64,000 nt of DNA from a virus. This document shows positions 39,955-49,817 of the stretch, in pieces. A program made the position numbers and the translations under genes. Within the stretch, counting starts at the first letter, position 1. The number at the start of each line of letters is the position of its first letter. The stretch covers positions 24,326 through 88,325 of the IMG/VR virus record IMGVR_UViG_3300019763_000006, one strand, 5' to 3'. Under the pieces are notes generated by a model. It made no database searches. It had not been told where the DNA came from and worked only from the letters and a program-made list of their open reading frames with translations.

Positions 39955-40584
39955 TTATTCTATATTCATCAGAGTTTGTACCACTTCGCTCCAATCATGA
40001 AGTCTTCCATCTTGTTTGCTATGAATATCTTCTGTCCAAGCTCTGTTCCAGTCATACAATTCGCCGAATATGAACTTATATTTTGCATTACTTGTTTCTA
40101 AATTTCTCATATTATCATCTATAAAAATAGAGTTTTCCATGTTTACACATGATTTATCCATTGTACAATTATTATTTTTAATTAAAATTTGGTTGTAATC
40201 TGGAAAAAATTTATTTAACCATAAAGCTTTATATGAAATATTTTTAGATGACCCAATGCTACAAAAAGTAATATTATATTTACTTGATAAAATTTTTAAA
40301 GCGTTAATACTATCTTTAGTTGGTTTAATATCATTTGCTATATCCCAAAATTCTTCACTCCCAAACCACTCTTCAATAAGCTTAGAATTTCCACTATCTT
40401 CATTTTTGCAAAGTGGACATTGATTACTGAAATCCCAACATGAAACTTTTGACGGAATTGCTGTAATAAAATCTTTATGGTTACAGAAGTTTTTATTATA
40501 TAATTTACATATTACTGTAATACAATCTAACACTACTCCGTCCACATCTACAAATAAATTCATTTTAGGTTTATTCTTTATCAT
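39955..40584 (-). CDS. HAD-family 5'(3')-deoxyribonucleotidase
   Basis: FVDVDGV motif I, K..WL, DK...IFIDD. Confidence 0.85.
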   Translation of the reverse strand: MIKNKPKMNLFVDVDGVVLDCITVICKLYNKNFCNHKDFITAIPSKVSCWDFSNQCPLCKNEDSGNSKLIEEWFGSEEFWDIANDIKPTKDSINALKILSSKYNITFCSIGSSKNISYKALWLNKFFPDYNQILIKNNNCTMDKSCVNMENSIFIDDNMRNLETSNAKYKFIFGELYDWNRAWTEDIHSKQDGRLHDWSEVVQTLMNIE

Positions 40585-40972
40585 ATGTCACCTCTTCTGT
40601 ATTTTTATTTTTAATTTTGCTTAAAGCACATTTTAATAATGATTCTGTACTATATCTATCTAATCCACAATTCCCATTTGTGAATATAAGATATTTATTT
40701 AGAAAATCGCAAATCTGTTTTACATCTTCTAAATTATTGAAGATTATATCCCATTCTTTGCCATATTTTATAATTTCATAATTGTAATTAAATTGTTCGC
40801 ATAAATTAATTAAATTTCTTTTAGTGCAATTATACGATTGTAATAACATTGATGTGTAGCAAAAATCAATATTATTTATTGGATGTGCGTGGTTTACTAT
40901 GTGATAAAAAGGCTCAAATTTGCCTTGATTCATATTAATATAAATATAGTTTCTTTTTTCTAATTCTTTCAT
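40571..40972 (-). CDS. Hypothetical protein
   Basis: 133 aa, GGAGG RBS. Confidence 0.55.
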   Translation of the reverse strand: MKELEKRNYIYINMNQGKFEPFYHIVNHAHPINNIDFCYTSMLLQSYNCTKRNLINLCEQFNYNYEIIKYGKEWDIIFNNLEDVKQICDFLNKYLIFTNGNCGLDRYSTESLLKCALSKIKNKNTEEVTYDKE

Positions 40973-40987
40973 ATTTTCCTCCTATTT

Positions 40988-41119
40988 TTATTCTACATTT
41001 CCACAATTAGGGCAAATATATTCTAGCACTTTAAATGATTGTCCATCAATTGTTGTTGTAGATTCTTTTATTTGCATTATTATTCCGCATTCGGAACATT
41101 TAATATATTCACCATCCAT
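40988..41119 (-). CDS. Small Zn-ribbon protein (43 aa, not in the ORF track)
   Basis: AGGAG RBS; MDGEYIKCSECG...YICPNCGNVE. Confidence 0.6.
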   Translation of the reverse strand: MDGEYIKCSECGIIMQIKESTTTIDGQSFKVLEYICPNCGNVE

Positions 41120-41150
41120 TAAAACACTCCTTTTATTAATTATTTTAGTC

Positions 41151-41409
41151 CTATAAATCGTAATAATCTATAATATTTTTAAAATTTCCATTCATTTCTT
41201 GTACTTTCATACATATAAAACTAAAATTTTTATCATTATTTTTTAATCCTAATAATTTAATAAGTTTATTGCAGACTAAATCTGTAATAACTCCATAAAC
41301 TTCTAATGTTTCATCATATGAAGCATATATTTTACTATTATTTAATGTTAATAGAGCATTATTATAGGTATCAAATAAATTTTTTGCAATTTTAATATTA
41401 TTCGACATA
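41151..41409 (-). CDS. Hypothetical protein
   Basis: Likely start MSNNIK near 41409 after AGGAGG RBS (track start 41471). Confidence 0.5.
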
Positions 41410-41418
41410 TTATCCTCC

Positions 41419-41916
41419 TTATTTTGTAGTAGAACCAAATCCACCATCTCTACTTTCTTCAGAAATATCATCGGCAGTTTTTAAATATTGTAAAAAGATT
41501 CCTTGACATAATCCATCCCCTTTATTTATTGTTAGAGATTTATTCCCTTCGTTTCTAATTTTTACAAATATATGCCCTTCATTTTTAGAATTAACATAAT
41601 CTGCATCAATTATTCCTACTGTATTTGCGAGTCTTAGATAGTATTTAAATCCATGCCCGCTGCGTGGGTAGATTGATAAAAAATTATCATCATTCATAAA
41701 TGCTCTAATTCCTGTTGGGATTTTGATTTCTTCATTTGGCTCTAGTGTAAAAGTATAAGGTGAATAAAAATCATATCCTGCTGAGAATTTTGTTGCTCTT
41801 TTTGGTAATTTTAATTCGTTTAATAAATCCATCCATTTTACTTTTTGAATATCTGTTGGTGTACAAGCAAGCCATTGTTGTTCTGAAACTTTTTTAAAAT
41901 ATCTTTTATTTTTCAT
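41419..41916 (-). CDS. dut: Trimeric dUTPase
   Basis: SAGYDF, PRSG, GIIDADY, QGIF and RDGGFGST motifs. Confidence 0.95.
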   Translation of the reverse strand: MKNKRYFKKVSEQQWLACTPTDIQKVKWMDLLNELKLPKRATKFSAGYDFYSPYTFTLEPNEEIKIPTGIRAFMNDDNFLSIYPRSGHGFKYYLRLANTVGIIDADYVNSKNEGHIFVKIRNEGNKSLTINKGDGLCQGIFLQYLKTADDISEESRDGGFGSTTK

Positions 41917-42586
41917 AGTTATTTTCTCCTTTTGTTTTGTTATTTAATATACTATAATATTTTTCTATTTTATAATTTTGAACGAATCCAATATTTTTCA
42001 TAAACCATTCTATTTCTTTAATTCTCCCTAGATTTAAATCATAACTTTCTTTACATAAATATTCCCCATTTGAAAATTTTACTTTTTTTGGCTTGTTAGT
42101 TGTGTAGTAAGGATTTAAGCCTAATGTTTTTAATTCAACTTTTAGTTGTTCTATTAATTTCTTGCAAGTTCCTTTAAAAGATATTCGACATGATATTTTT
42201 ATATCTCCATTTTTTGTTTTATTTTTAACTCTTATTACAGAACCATTAGCAGACCATAATCCTCTTAAAAAAGAAAGTTTTTTATCATTATTCCATTGAT
42301 TATATGATGTTGGTAAAACTCTATTTGGCAACTTTTCTGAAGAGAATCCTAAATTTTTTAAATTTTGATTTTCTCCTGTATAATAAATTTTTCTATCAGC
42401 ATACTCTCTTGGATTTATACAAAATAATGGTAATATATCATAATCATTTTTGCCTATATTCACTTCAAGTCCAAGATGTTCTTTAGATTTTAATCTACCT
42501 AAACCACCATCTCCTTGAATAAAACCATATCTTATATACTGGTTGTTAAAAATATTATCACATCCTTTTAAATATAAGTGTATCAT
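41906..42586 (-). CDS. Free-standing LAGLIDADG homing endonuclease
   Basis: YGFIQGDG and FLRGLWSANGS motifs; IGF...K tail typical of intein-type DOD endonucleases. Confidence 0.8.
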   Translation of the reverse strand: MIHLYLKGCDNIFNNQYIRYGFIQGDGGLGRLKSKEHLGLEVNIGKNDYDILPLFCINPREYADRKIYYTGENQNLKNLGFSSEKLPNRVLPTSYNQWNNDKKLSFLRGLWSANGSVIRVKNKTKNGDIKISCRISFKGTCKKLIEQLKVELKTLGLNPYYTTNKPKKVKFSNGEYLCKESYDLNLGRIKEIEWFMKNIGFVQNYKIEKYYSILNNKTKGENNYEK

Positions 42587-42615
42587 TATAAAAACAATAC
42601 ACTTATATAATTTAT

Positions 42616-45615
42616 TTATTCCATACTGTTTTTATTATAAAATTGTCTTTGAGATAATTCTAATTTTCTTTCTTGCTTATAACTATCTTGTTTTACCATA
42701 TATCCTACAATTTTGATACCTTTTGTAACAGATTTTCCTCCACATATAGGACATACATCACCAAAAAAGCTGTGGTCTTTTTCACAAATGTCAATAAGGC
42801 TTACTTTACTATAATATTTTACACCTTTTCTTGCTAATTGTAATGCGAAATCCCATGCTTCTTCAAAAGTATCAAAATCTTCTCCCATTGAAACATGTAA
42901 AATCGAACCCCCATCACAATATTTATCTAATTTTGCACTTTCAATTCTATTGTAAAGAGAAGCATGTTCTTTTAGTGGAATCCATTGATTTCCATAAATA
43001 TTATAATCTTTACCTAATAATTGATTTACTTTTCTATTTCCTAAGACTAAACGGTCTTTTTTGTTTGATTTGATTGCCGAAGATTCACCTGGAATTATTT
43101 CTGAATTTGACAAAAATCCATATTCATTAATAGTATTTTCGTTCTCTTTAATTATGGTATCTAGTATATCTTTTGCTATTTTAAACCCTAAATCATTGTA
43201 ATAACATCCGCTACTATCGTAATTTAATCCATTAAATATTTTTATTGCTTCAAAAATTCCATTAATACCAACGGTTGCGAATTGGTCTTCTAGATTCATC
43301 ATATTGTGACTATATAATGGTAATAATCCATTATTTATTAATTCTTTTAAAATTTCTCGATGAGCATAATGATACTTATGAATTAATTTAACTTTATTCT
43401 TGATTACTTCAATAAAATTATCATAATTATCATAGTTTTCCATTGATAATCTTGATAAATTTAATGTTACAACTTTTGTAGAACCTACATTTAAATCAGA
43501 ACCACCAATGCTATTAAATATTTTTTTAGTATCTTGTATCTTTTTCTTATCTGAAACCAATCTGCAATTATGCGTTATTATACCATTTGGTAAAGTAAAA
43601 TATGGTTCTTCTTTATTGTCCATTGTAAAACAGTACACATCTTTGTTAGTATTCTCAATTTTTTCTATAGAGTTTATTTTAAAATAAATAGAGTTATTAA
43701 TAGTTTTAAAAATATTTTTCATATTTCTTTTATGTTTAGGGTTATACCATCTTATACAATATACTGGGTAATTTCTTTTATATTCTTCTCCTCTTATAAC
43801 TATTGGTTCATCAGTTCTATCAGAACAGTCTATAATTGAATGCATTCCTAAACTTGTGATTAGAGCTTCTAATTGTTCTGTCATTTTTTTAGAAGTAGTA
43901 TAAATCCTATTAGAATTTCCACCATCTGTGATATAGTATCCGTCTAAAATACCTTTTCTAAATTCTAAGGATTGTATTAAACAGTTTAAATTTAATTCTT
44001 TTTCTTGGGAATAGTTTCCAGATGTCCATGTTTTTATAAAGTCTTTTAACTCATACGAAGCAATAGCAACAGGATAAACATTATTATATTCTGCGTGAAG
44101 TTTTACTTCTGTATCTATATTTAATTGTTTTATTACTTTATTTAGGATAGGTAATAATTTAATATATTTCGTTTCATTTAAAGATAATTGAATTACAGGT
44201 TTATGATTTTCTTGTTTTTGCTCAATACTTCCATCCCCTAAATAAGAACCAATTAATACTCCTTGTTCATATGTTAACCCTAAATCTGCTTCTGGATAAG
44301 TGCCAAGTTCTTTTGTATTAAAAAGTAAATAATCATTAGTTGTTAATTTGTCGCTTCTAATATCTCCATTTATAGAAGGGTTTAAATGGTCTGGGGTTAC
44401 TAATATTTCTTTTTTATTTGAAGTAGAAATTTTATATAGAGTATTTGATTGAGTTTTAACTATTTGTCCTTTAGCCCAACTACCATTGTGAAAAATAGAA
44501 CCATTTTGTTTATATTTATATGATTTATTATAAAAAGATTCAAATGTTTCACATACTACTCCTCCTAATGGATTTTTTGTTATAATTTTTTGATTTTTAT
44601 CAAAACAACAGCTTGCTAAACTTGTTACTTCTTCAACGTTCATTATATTAACTTCATTAAATCCATGAGTGTAATTATGTTTAACTACCATCTTTGCAGT
44701 ATCTTCGTCTACATATTCTCCATCTCTAAAAACCAAAGAAGCTGATATTACAGGGAATGTATACCATTTCTTTTTTCTTAAATCAGTTGCATATTCTAAG
44801 AAACTGCTTTGAAATTCAAATAACTCTTCTAAATAGTCTGTAATCAATGTTCCATCAGGATATTTTTTATTCCCAAAAAATTTTAAGATATGGTCTATAT
44901 CTAAAATAGATATATTAGTATATGCTGATTGAACACCACTTTTCAAGTATGGTTGATTTAAATTAAAAATAAATTCTTGAAATTTTTGATTCCTATATTT
45001 TGTTTGTTTATCATGTGTCATATCAGCTGTATCTATTTTATAAAAGTAATATGCATATATCAAATAATCAGGAATTCCTACAGCTCCAGATTGCATATTT
45101 GTTGCATAAGATATAAATTCTAAAATATGATGATTAAAAGTATCCCAATGTTTTGGTCTTTCTGCTTTCATTTCTCCAATAAAAAACAATCCTTTTTCAA
45201 CAATTGGCTCAACCGAAAAAGCAAAGCAATAAGGCATATAAGATGAAGAATGAGAGTCGTGTTCATAAAGTTCTCCGTTTACAGCTGATTCTAAAAATTC
45301 ATCTGCCACCTCACTCCCAAATTCTTTTGACATCTGAGAATATATTTTGTTTCTTGATAATAATTTTGTAAATGGTTTTTGAGATTCATTTAACATTGTA
45401 CAAATATTTCTACCTGTTACATTTGCATTGTCATCTATTGTAGCATCTGCAACTGTCGAAGTGTTTAAAAATCCTTTAAAAAAATCGCATGTATCTAATT
45501 GAGAGGGGCTCATACCTTCAATTTTCATTAATTCATCCCCGTATTTATTATTCAATTCCTCTACTTTATTTTTAAATCTTGTATTTAATGTCATTGGAAA
45601 TTTATATTCTGCCAT
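42616..45615 (-). CDS. nrdD: Anaerobic (class III) ribonucleotide reductase with intein
   Basis: YEHD..YMPYC, QSGAVG, TFPV, SC/CRL, GSTKVVTLN, TVGING, PGES, Zn site and IVGY glycyl-radical loop. Confidence 0.95.
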   Translation of the reverse strand: MAEYKFPMTLNTRFKNKVEELNNKYGDELMKIEGMSPSQLDTCDFFKGFLNTSTVADATIDDNANVTGRNICTMLNESQKPFTKLLSRNKIYSQMSKEFGSEVADEFLESAVNGELYEHDSHSSSYMPYCFAFSVEPIVEKGLFFIGEMKAERPKHWDTFNHHILEFISYATNMQSGAVGIPDYLIYAYYFYKIDTADMTHDKQTKYRNQKFQEFIFNLNQPYLKSGVQSAYTNISILDIDHILKFFGNKKYPDGTLITDYLEELFEFQSSFLEYATDLRKKKWYTFPVISASLVFRDGEYVDEDTAKMVVKHNYTHGFNEVNIMNVEEVTSLASCCFDKNQKIITKNPLGGVVCETFESFYNKSYKYKQNGSIFHNGSWAKGQIVKTQSNTLYKISTSNKKEILVTPDHLNPSINGDIRSDKLTTNDYLLFNTKELGTYPEADLGLTYEQGVLIGSYLGDGSIEQKQENHKPVIQLSLNETKYIKLLPILNKVIKQLNIDTEVKLHAEYNNVYPVAIASYELKDFIKTWTSGNYSQEKELNLNCLIQSLEFRKGILDGYYITDGGNSNRIYTTSKKMTEQLEALITSLGMHSIIDCSDRTDEPIVIRGEEYKRNYPVYCIRWYNPKHKRNMKNIFKTINNSIYFKINSIEKIENTNKDVYCFTMDNKEEPYFTLPNGIITHNCRLVSDKKKIQDTKKIFNSIGGSDLNVGSTKVVTLNLSRLSMENYDNYDNFIEVIKNKVKLIHKYHYAHREILKELINNGLLPLYSHNMMNLEDQFATVGINGIFEAIKIFNGLNYDSSGCYYNDLGFKIAKDILDTIIKENENTINEYGFLSNSEIIPGESSAIKSNKKDRLVLGNRKVNQLLGKDYNIYGNQWIPLKEHASLYNRIESAKLDKYCDGGSILHVSMGEDFDTFEEAWDFALQLARKGVKYYSKVSLIDICEKDHSFFGDVCPICGGKSVTKGIKIVGYMVKQDSYKQERKLELSQRQFYNKNSME
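43567..44607 (-). mobile_element. Intein (347 aa) with LAGLIDADG endonuclease inside nrdD
   Basis: Starts CFDKNQ, block B VTPDH, GSYLGDG and DGYYITDGG motifs, ends ITHN followed by C; removal restores LASC-CRL. Confidence 0.92.
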
Positions 45616-46153
45616 TTATATCCCCTTTCTGAAGTTTGTTCATTTTTTTATGTTCTTTGAAACTGTAAATATACTGATTTTTACTTGCTGGAATTGTGTC
45701 TTTTTCAAAACTATCTTGAATAAATTCGCCCAAAACTCCATAATCTATATATTTTAAAAATTCTTGTTTTTGTTCTTGAAAAATATCTTCAATCATTCTC
45801 CATGAATAAATAATAGTTATAGAATTTTTATAATTTTGTTTTATAAATTTAGATACTTCTAAAACTGCTTTGATATTATAATCTGATAAAGGTTCACCTC
45901 CAACAAAAGCAATCCTAAGTTGTTTATGGTATTGCATAAATAATATAATTTGTTGATTTAATTCATTTATTAAACCTTCTAAAGTATTTGAGTACCCAAC
46001 AAATGGTTTTTGCAATTCTGGATTTTGGCAATTTTTACACTTAACAGGCTTATCACATCCATTAAAATAGATTGATAAACAAGGTTTATATAGTCCATCA
46101 CTATTTATATTATCTACTATTGTAAAATAAAATCTATCTTGATTTTTGTACAA
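45602..46153 (-). CDS. nrdG: Anaerobic RNR activase (radical SAM)
   Basis: GCDKPVKCKNCQNP and GGEPL motifs; adjacent to nrdD. Confidence 0.9.
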   Translation of the reverse strand: MYKNQDRFYFTIVDNINSDGLYKPCLSIYFNGCDKPVKCKNCQNPELQKPFVGYSNTLEGLINELNQQIILFMQYHKQLRIAFVGGEPLSDYNIKAVLEVSKFIKQNYKNSITIIYSWRMIEDIFQEQKQEFLKYIDYGVLGEFIQDSFEKDTIPASKNQYIYSFKEHKKMNKLQKGDINGRI

Positions 46154-46164
46154 TTAATCACCAC

Positions 46165-46263
46165 CTATCTTTTTTTATGTTTAATCCAACTTTCTAACAA
46201 TGCGAATATTAAAACCACACCTCCTATTCCAATCGCTAAAATTATCATATCTATTAAAAACAT
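46165..46263 (-). CDS. Possible 32-aa hydrophobic peptide
   Basis: MFLIDMIILAIGIGGVVLIFALLESWIKHKKR just after a promoter; no clear RBS. Confidence 0.35.
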   Translation of the reverse strand: MFLIDMIILAIGIGGVVLIFALLESWIKHKKR

Positions 46264-46273
46264 TACACTATTA

Positions 46274-46302
46274 AGTATATCACACCACATATTTAAAGTC
46301 AA
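46274..46302 (-). promoter_or_regulatory. Sigma-A-type promoter upstream of nrdG-nrdD
   Basis: TTGACT-17-TATACT with extended TG. Confidence 0.7.
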
Positions 46303-46321
46303 TACTTTTTCTAGAAATAAT

Positions 46322-47065
46322 TTAAACATTTTTAACTATTTTTATTTCAGATTTAGGAGGATATAATCCACACCCTTTATATTCAGGACAATATCCTAAT
46401 TCTTTTCCTTTACATCCAAAATTATTAAATCTCAATCTAATAAATTCATCGCTATTATCATTCTTATCTCTATTATCATAATGTTGTAGTAATTTAACCA
46501 TTTCTAAAGCAATATATCTAAATTCCTCTTCTGTTCTAATACAAACTCTAGTAGTTAACATATCTTCCATGGCTTGAATATTTCCACTAATAATTAAATC
46601 AGTTTGGCTACCTAATGGTAAAAACATTTTACTCACATCTTTTAGCCCTACTAATTCTTCATAATTGTGCCATTTCTTGTAAATATCCAACATAATTTTC
46701 ATATCTTCATTATATTCTTTAATAGCTTCTTTGTTGTTTTTAAAACTGTTTGGAATATAATAGTCTACATCTGACATATCACAATACCTACTAGATTTAA
46801 CAGTTAGATTAATATGTGGATGTCTGCTTATTTGTCTAAGACAAGATTGAGATACATTATCCACCCTAAAAGTTACAATACTATGTCTTGCGATACTCTT
46901 ATGTCCATATCCCATAACTCTATTTGCTAATTTTACAGAATTTTTACTTTTTGTCTGATAAGGCATTTCTGCCGAATCTAAAATCCCTTTTAAACCACCG
47001 ATTTCAATCAAACTCACAATTGGTTTATTTGATTTCTCTTTTCCCATATTATCTCTCCTTTTCAT
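46322..47065 (-). CDS. thyX: Flavin-dependent thymidylate synthase
   Basis: GHKSIARH and RQISRH...SSRY signature; true start probably MGKEK near 47047. Confidence 0.9.
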   Translation of the reverse strand: MKRRDNMGKEKSNKPIVSLIEIGGLKGILDSAEMPYQTKSKNSVKLANRVMGYGHKSIARHSIVTFRVDNVSQSCLRQISRHPHINLTVKSSRYCDMSDVDYYIPNSFKNNKEAIKEYNEDMKIMLDIYKKWHNYEELVGLKDVSKMFLPLGSQTDLIISGNIQAMEDMLTTRVCIRTEEEFRYIALEMVKLLQHYDNRDKNDNSDEFIRLRFNNFGCKGKELGYCPEYKGCGLYPPKSEIKIVKNV

Positions 47066-47675
47066 TCCATAACTCTAAATGTTTATCAATTTTTGTATAG
47101 ACATCTTTTATGTTTTCTTCAAATGTAGTAATCCTAATTTCCATTCTAGGATTATTTTTATCATATTCAGTACTTACTATTAATGGGTTTATATGATTAT
47201 AATTATCATCAATAAACATATTTGATTTAGAATATAATCCATCAAACAATATTTTACTAGCTCCAATACTATTATCATTGTCGGAATTAGCTTTGGTTTC
47301 ATTAAAAAATTTTACTTCTATTAATGAATTTGTTAAATTTAAATCATTATAACCATATTTATCAGCTAGCCAAATTCCTAATTCTCCCCATTTTGTTTTT
47401 GTTGTTTTATAACTCATGCTATTTATAGGCAATAATTCATTTAATGAAATAACTTTATAAAATAAATGACTTTTTTTTATTTCATTAATTTTTCTTGATT
47501 TCTTTTTTGTTTTTTGTCTACCAGTTTTAGTTAATTGAGGTTTCCCGTTTTTAAAAAGTTTTACTATTTCTTTTGTAGCAAATGGAAATGTTCTAGCTTT
47601 AGGATATTTATTTTTATAAAAATTAAAATACTCATACATTATATCTCTATTCAATTCTATATATAATGTATTCAT
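47049..47675 (-). CDS. RusA-like Holliday junction resolvase (putative)
   Basis: DNDN...K.LFDGL....DDN...NPRMEIRI. Confidence 0.65.
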   Translation of the reverse strand: MNTLYIELNRDIMYEYFNFYKNKYPKARTFPFATKEIVKLFKNGKPQLTKTGRQKTKKKSRKINEIKKSHLFYKVISLNELLPINSMSYKTTKTKWGELGIWLADKYGYNDLNLTNSLIEVKFFNETKANSDNDNSIGASKILFDGLYSKSNMFIDDNYNHINPLIVSTEYDKNNPRMEIRITTFEENIKDVYTKIDKHLELWNEKER

Positions 47676-48158
47676 TTAATCTTCCTGTAAGTAAAGTAAT
47701 TTTTTATAGCATATATTTTTTTGTATACACATATCATCAATATATAGCATTTTAAGAATAGATTCAAATTCACTATTATCTCTGCAAGCATTTAAAAATT
47801 CTCTTGAAAAATCTAATGCTTGTTCTTTTGTATAAATTGTATTTCCTAATTTAATTTTATGATTTAAATGTAATTTATCAAGTGCAGTTTTATAATTACA
47901 TTCAATCCAATTTTCATTTTTAATAATATTAAAAGTTAAACTAATTAAATCTTTTGTGGTAAAATTATCATTTATATATTCATCATTTTCTAAATTATAT
48001 AATTCTTCTGCATTTAAAGTATATCTTTTTTTATCCTTCAAACACAGAACTTCTGTTTCTTTTGGCATATTTTCTAACAATGTTATGGTTTCATAAATAT
48101 TATATGTTTTTTCATAATTTAACATACTTGTATTATTTGTGCTTAAGTTGCAGTTCAT
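47676..48158 (-). CDS. Hypothetical protein
   Basis: 160 aa, GGAGG RBS. Confidence 0.55.
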   Translation of the reverse strand: MNCNLSTNNTSMLNYEKTYNIYETITLLENMPKETEVLCLKDKKRYTLNAEELYNLENDEYINDNFTTKDLISLTFNIIKNENWIECNYKTALDKLHLNHKIKLGNTIYTKEQALDFSREFLNACRDNSEFESILKMLYIDDMCIQKNICYKKLLYLQED

Positions 48159-48170
48159 TATTAATTCCTC

Positions 48171-48404
48171 CTAATATATTTTTTCGTTAATTTCTGTTGA
48201 TATCTCTAAATTAAATTTTTTGATTTCGTCTAATGAAATGGTTTCCATTGTGCAAGAGTTAGTAATAGGATTAAATTTATCAATCACTATTGTGTGATAA
48301 TCTGTTTTTTCTTTTACTAAATCATGTAATTTTTCTATAATTCCAACCATTTTATTAAAATCATCAATTGAAATTTCGCATTTTTGTTTATTATATTTTT
48401 CCAT
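48171..48404 (-). CDS. Hypothetical protein
   Basis: 77 aa, AGGAG RBS. Confidence 0.55.
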   Translation of the reverse strand: MEKYNKQKCEISIDDFNKMVGIIEKLHDLVKEKTDYHTIVIDKFNPITNSCTMETISLDEIKKFNLEISTEINEKIY

Positions 48405-48447
48405 CTTATATCTCCTTGTCTTTTTATGGTCTAGTTATTTGTGTAAT

Positions 48448-48570
48448 TAAAATAATCCTTTTAATGACATTTCACCCCCTACAAACGTTGAAATCAAGCC
48501 ATTCTCATTTTCGCAAAAGTTTTGAGAATAGCAAAAAATATCCAATTATTGTAAAAAATGTAATATTTTA
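48448..48570. repeat. Dispersed bipartite element, copy 3 (long form)
   Basis: taaaa-taatcc-ttttaatgac, aaacgttgaaat at 48483, gccattctca/tgagaatagc inverted repeat; about 90 bp closely similar to 51356-51443. Confidence 0.85.
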
Positions 48571-48604
48571 GGTATTATTCATATTATTCAACTCCTTCTA
48601 TATA

Positions 48605-48634
48605 ATATTATCACATTTACTTATTATTTGTCAA
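48605..48634 (-). promoter_or_regulatory. Sigma-A-type promoter
   Basis: TTGACA-18-TAATAT with extended TG. Confidence 0.6.
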
Positions 48635-49511
48635 TATAACTCATAAAATTCAACACAGATTGTTCTTTGTTTTTACATTCAAACATCATATCAAATTTAT
48701 TATTCATAATATTATAAAAATATACGAAATCTTTTTCGCAAATTAACTCTGCGTGCTTTCTATCTGTATCAGATTCTTTACCACTAGATAGATGGCATTT
48801 TGGAATCTTATCTTCCCATGTTTTAATAATTCTATCCAAATAATATTTAAAATTATTATTAGAAGGTAAACATCTATCATGATGTAAATCTATAATCATA
48901 GGGATATTTAATTGTTCACAAATTTCCAATGTATTTTTTACATTAAATGATTTATCATCATTTTCTAAACAAATAATATTTTGTAAGTGTTTTGGTAGCT
49001 TATAAAAATTATCAATAAATCTTTTTTGCCCTTCTTGAATTCCGTTAACTTTTCCACCCACATGTAAGCATAGTGTATCTATGTTTAATAATTGCATTAA
49101 TTCATAATGATATTGTAATTCCTTAATTGCATTTTTAAAAACTTCATCTTTTACACTATTCACCACTACATATTGGCTAGGGTGAATTGTTAATCTAATA
49201 TTATTTTCTAAAGCCAGACATTTTATTTTCTCGCATAAATTAATAATACAATTATCATTTAAGAAATTATATTTACATAGTTCATGAGTATATAAAGGAC
49301 ATAAATTTGATGAAACTCTATATAGTTTAATATTGTTTTTTACATTCCATTTAATAATTTTATATAAATTATTAAAATTTTGTCTAGTTTTTAATTGTAA
49401 AACTTCAAATTGTTGCTCGCTAGATAAAGTTTTATATTTTTTTAACGTGATAGTTTTAAATCCTTCTAATTCTGTATTTAAACATGCATATCCTAATCTT
49501 GTTGTATTCAT
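48624..49511 (-). CDS. uvsE: UV DNA damage endonuclease
   Basis: RLGYAC, YRVSS, RLTIHP, LENDD, DLHH, PKCHLS, RKHA and FECKNKE motifs. Confidence 0.95.
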   Translation of the reverse strand: MNTTRLGYACLNTELEGFKTITLKKYKTLSSEQQFEVLQLKTRQNFNNLYKIIKWNVKNNIKLYRVSSNLCPLYTHELCKYNFLNDNCIINLCEKIKCLALENNIRLTIHPSQYVVVNSVKDEVFKNAIKELQYHYELMQLLNIDTLCLHVGGKVNGIQEGQKRFIDNFYKLPKHLQNIICLENDDKSFNVKNTLEICEQLNIPMIIDLHHDRCLPSNNNFKYYLDRIIKTWEDKIPKCHLSSGKESDTDRKHAELICEKDFVYFYNIMNNKFDMMFECKNKEQSVLNFMSYIDK

Positions 49512-49547
49512 ATCTAATCCTCCTAATTTGTTGTTTCTTATGTATTA

Positions 49548-49576
49548 AGTATACTATATATTAAAAGAGATTGCAA
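49548..49576 (-). promoter_or_regulatory. Promoter for uvsE overlapping a hairpin
   Basis: TTGCAA-17-TATACT; ttaaaagagattg/caatctcttttaa inverted repeat at 49561-49600. Confidence 0.55.
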
Positions 49577-49600
49577 GGTATTTCTCACAATCTCTTTTAA

Positions 49601-49816
49601 TTATTTATTATTTTCATCTATTAAAAATTGCATAAAATGTTTTGCACTACAATATTTACAAGGGTCTATTTCATACTCAAATTCACCTTCACAACATCCA
49701 TCACAATCTATTTCATTACATTCCAGTTCAACAAATTCTGTTTTAAATTCTAATTCACCTTTAAATGGGCATTTGTACCTACAAAATTCTTTAAATTTAT
49801 CTTCTAAATTATTCAT
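49601..49816 (-). CDS. Small Cys-rich acidic protein
   Basis: 71 aa with 8 Cys. Confidence 0.55.
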   Translation of the reverse strand: MNNLEDKFKEFCRYKCPFKGELEFKTEFVELECNEIDCDGCCEGEFEYEIDPCKYCSAKHFMQFLIDENNK

Positions 49817-49817
49817 A

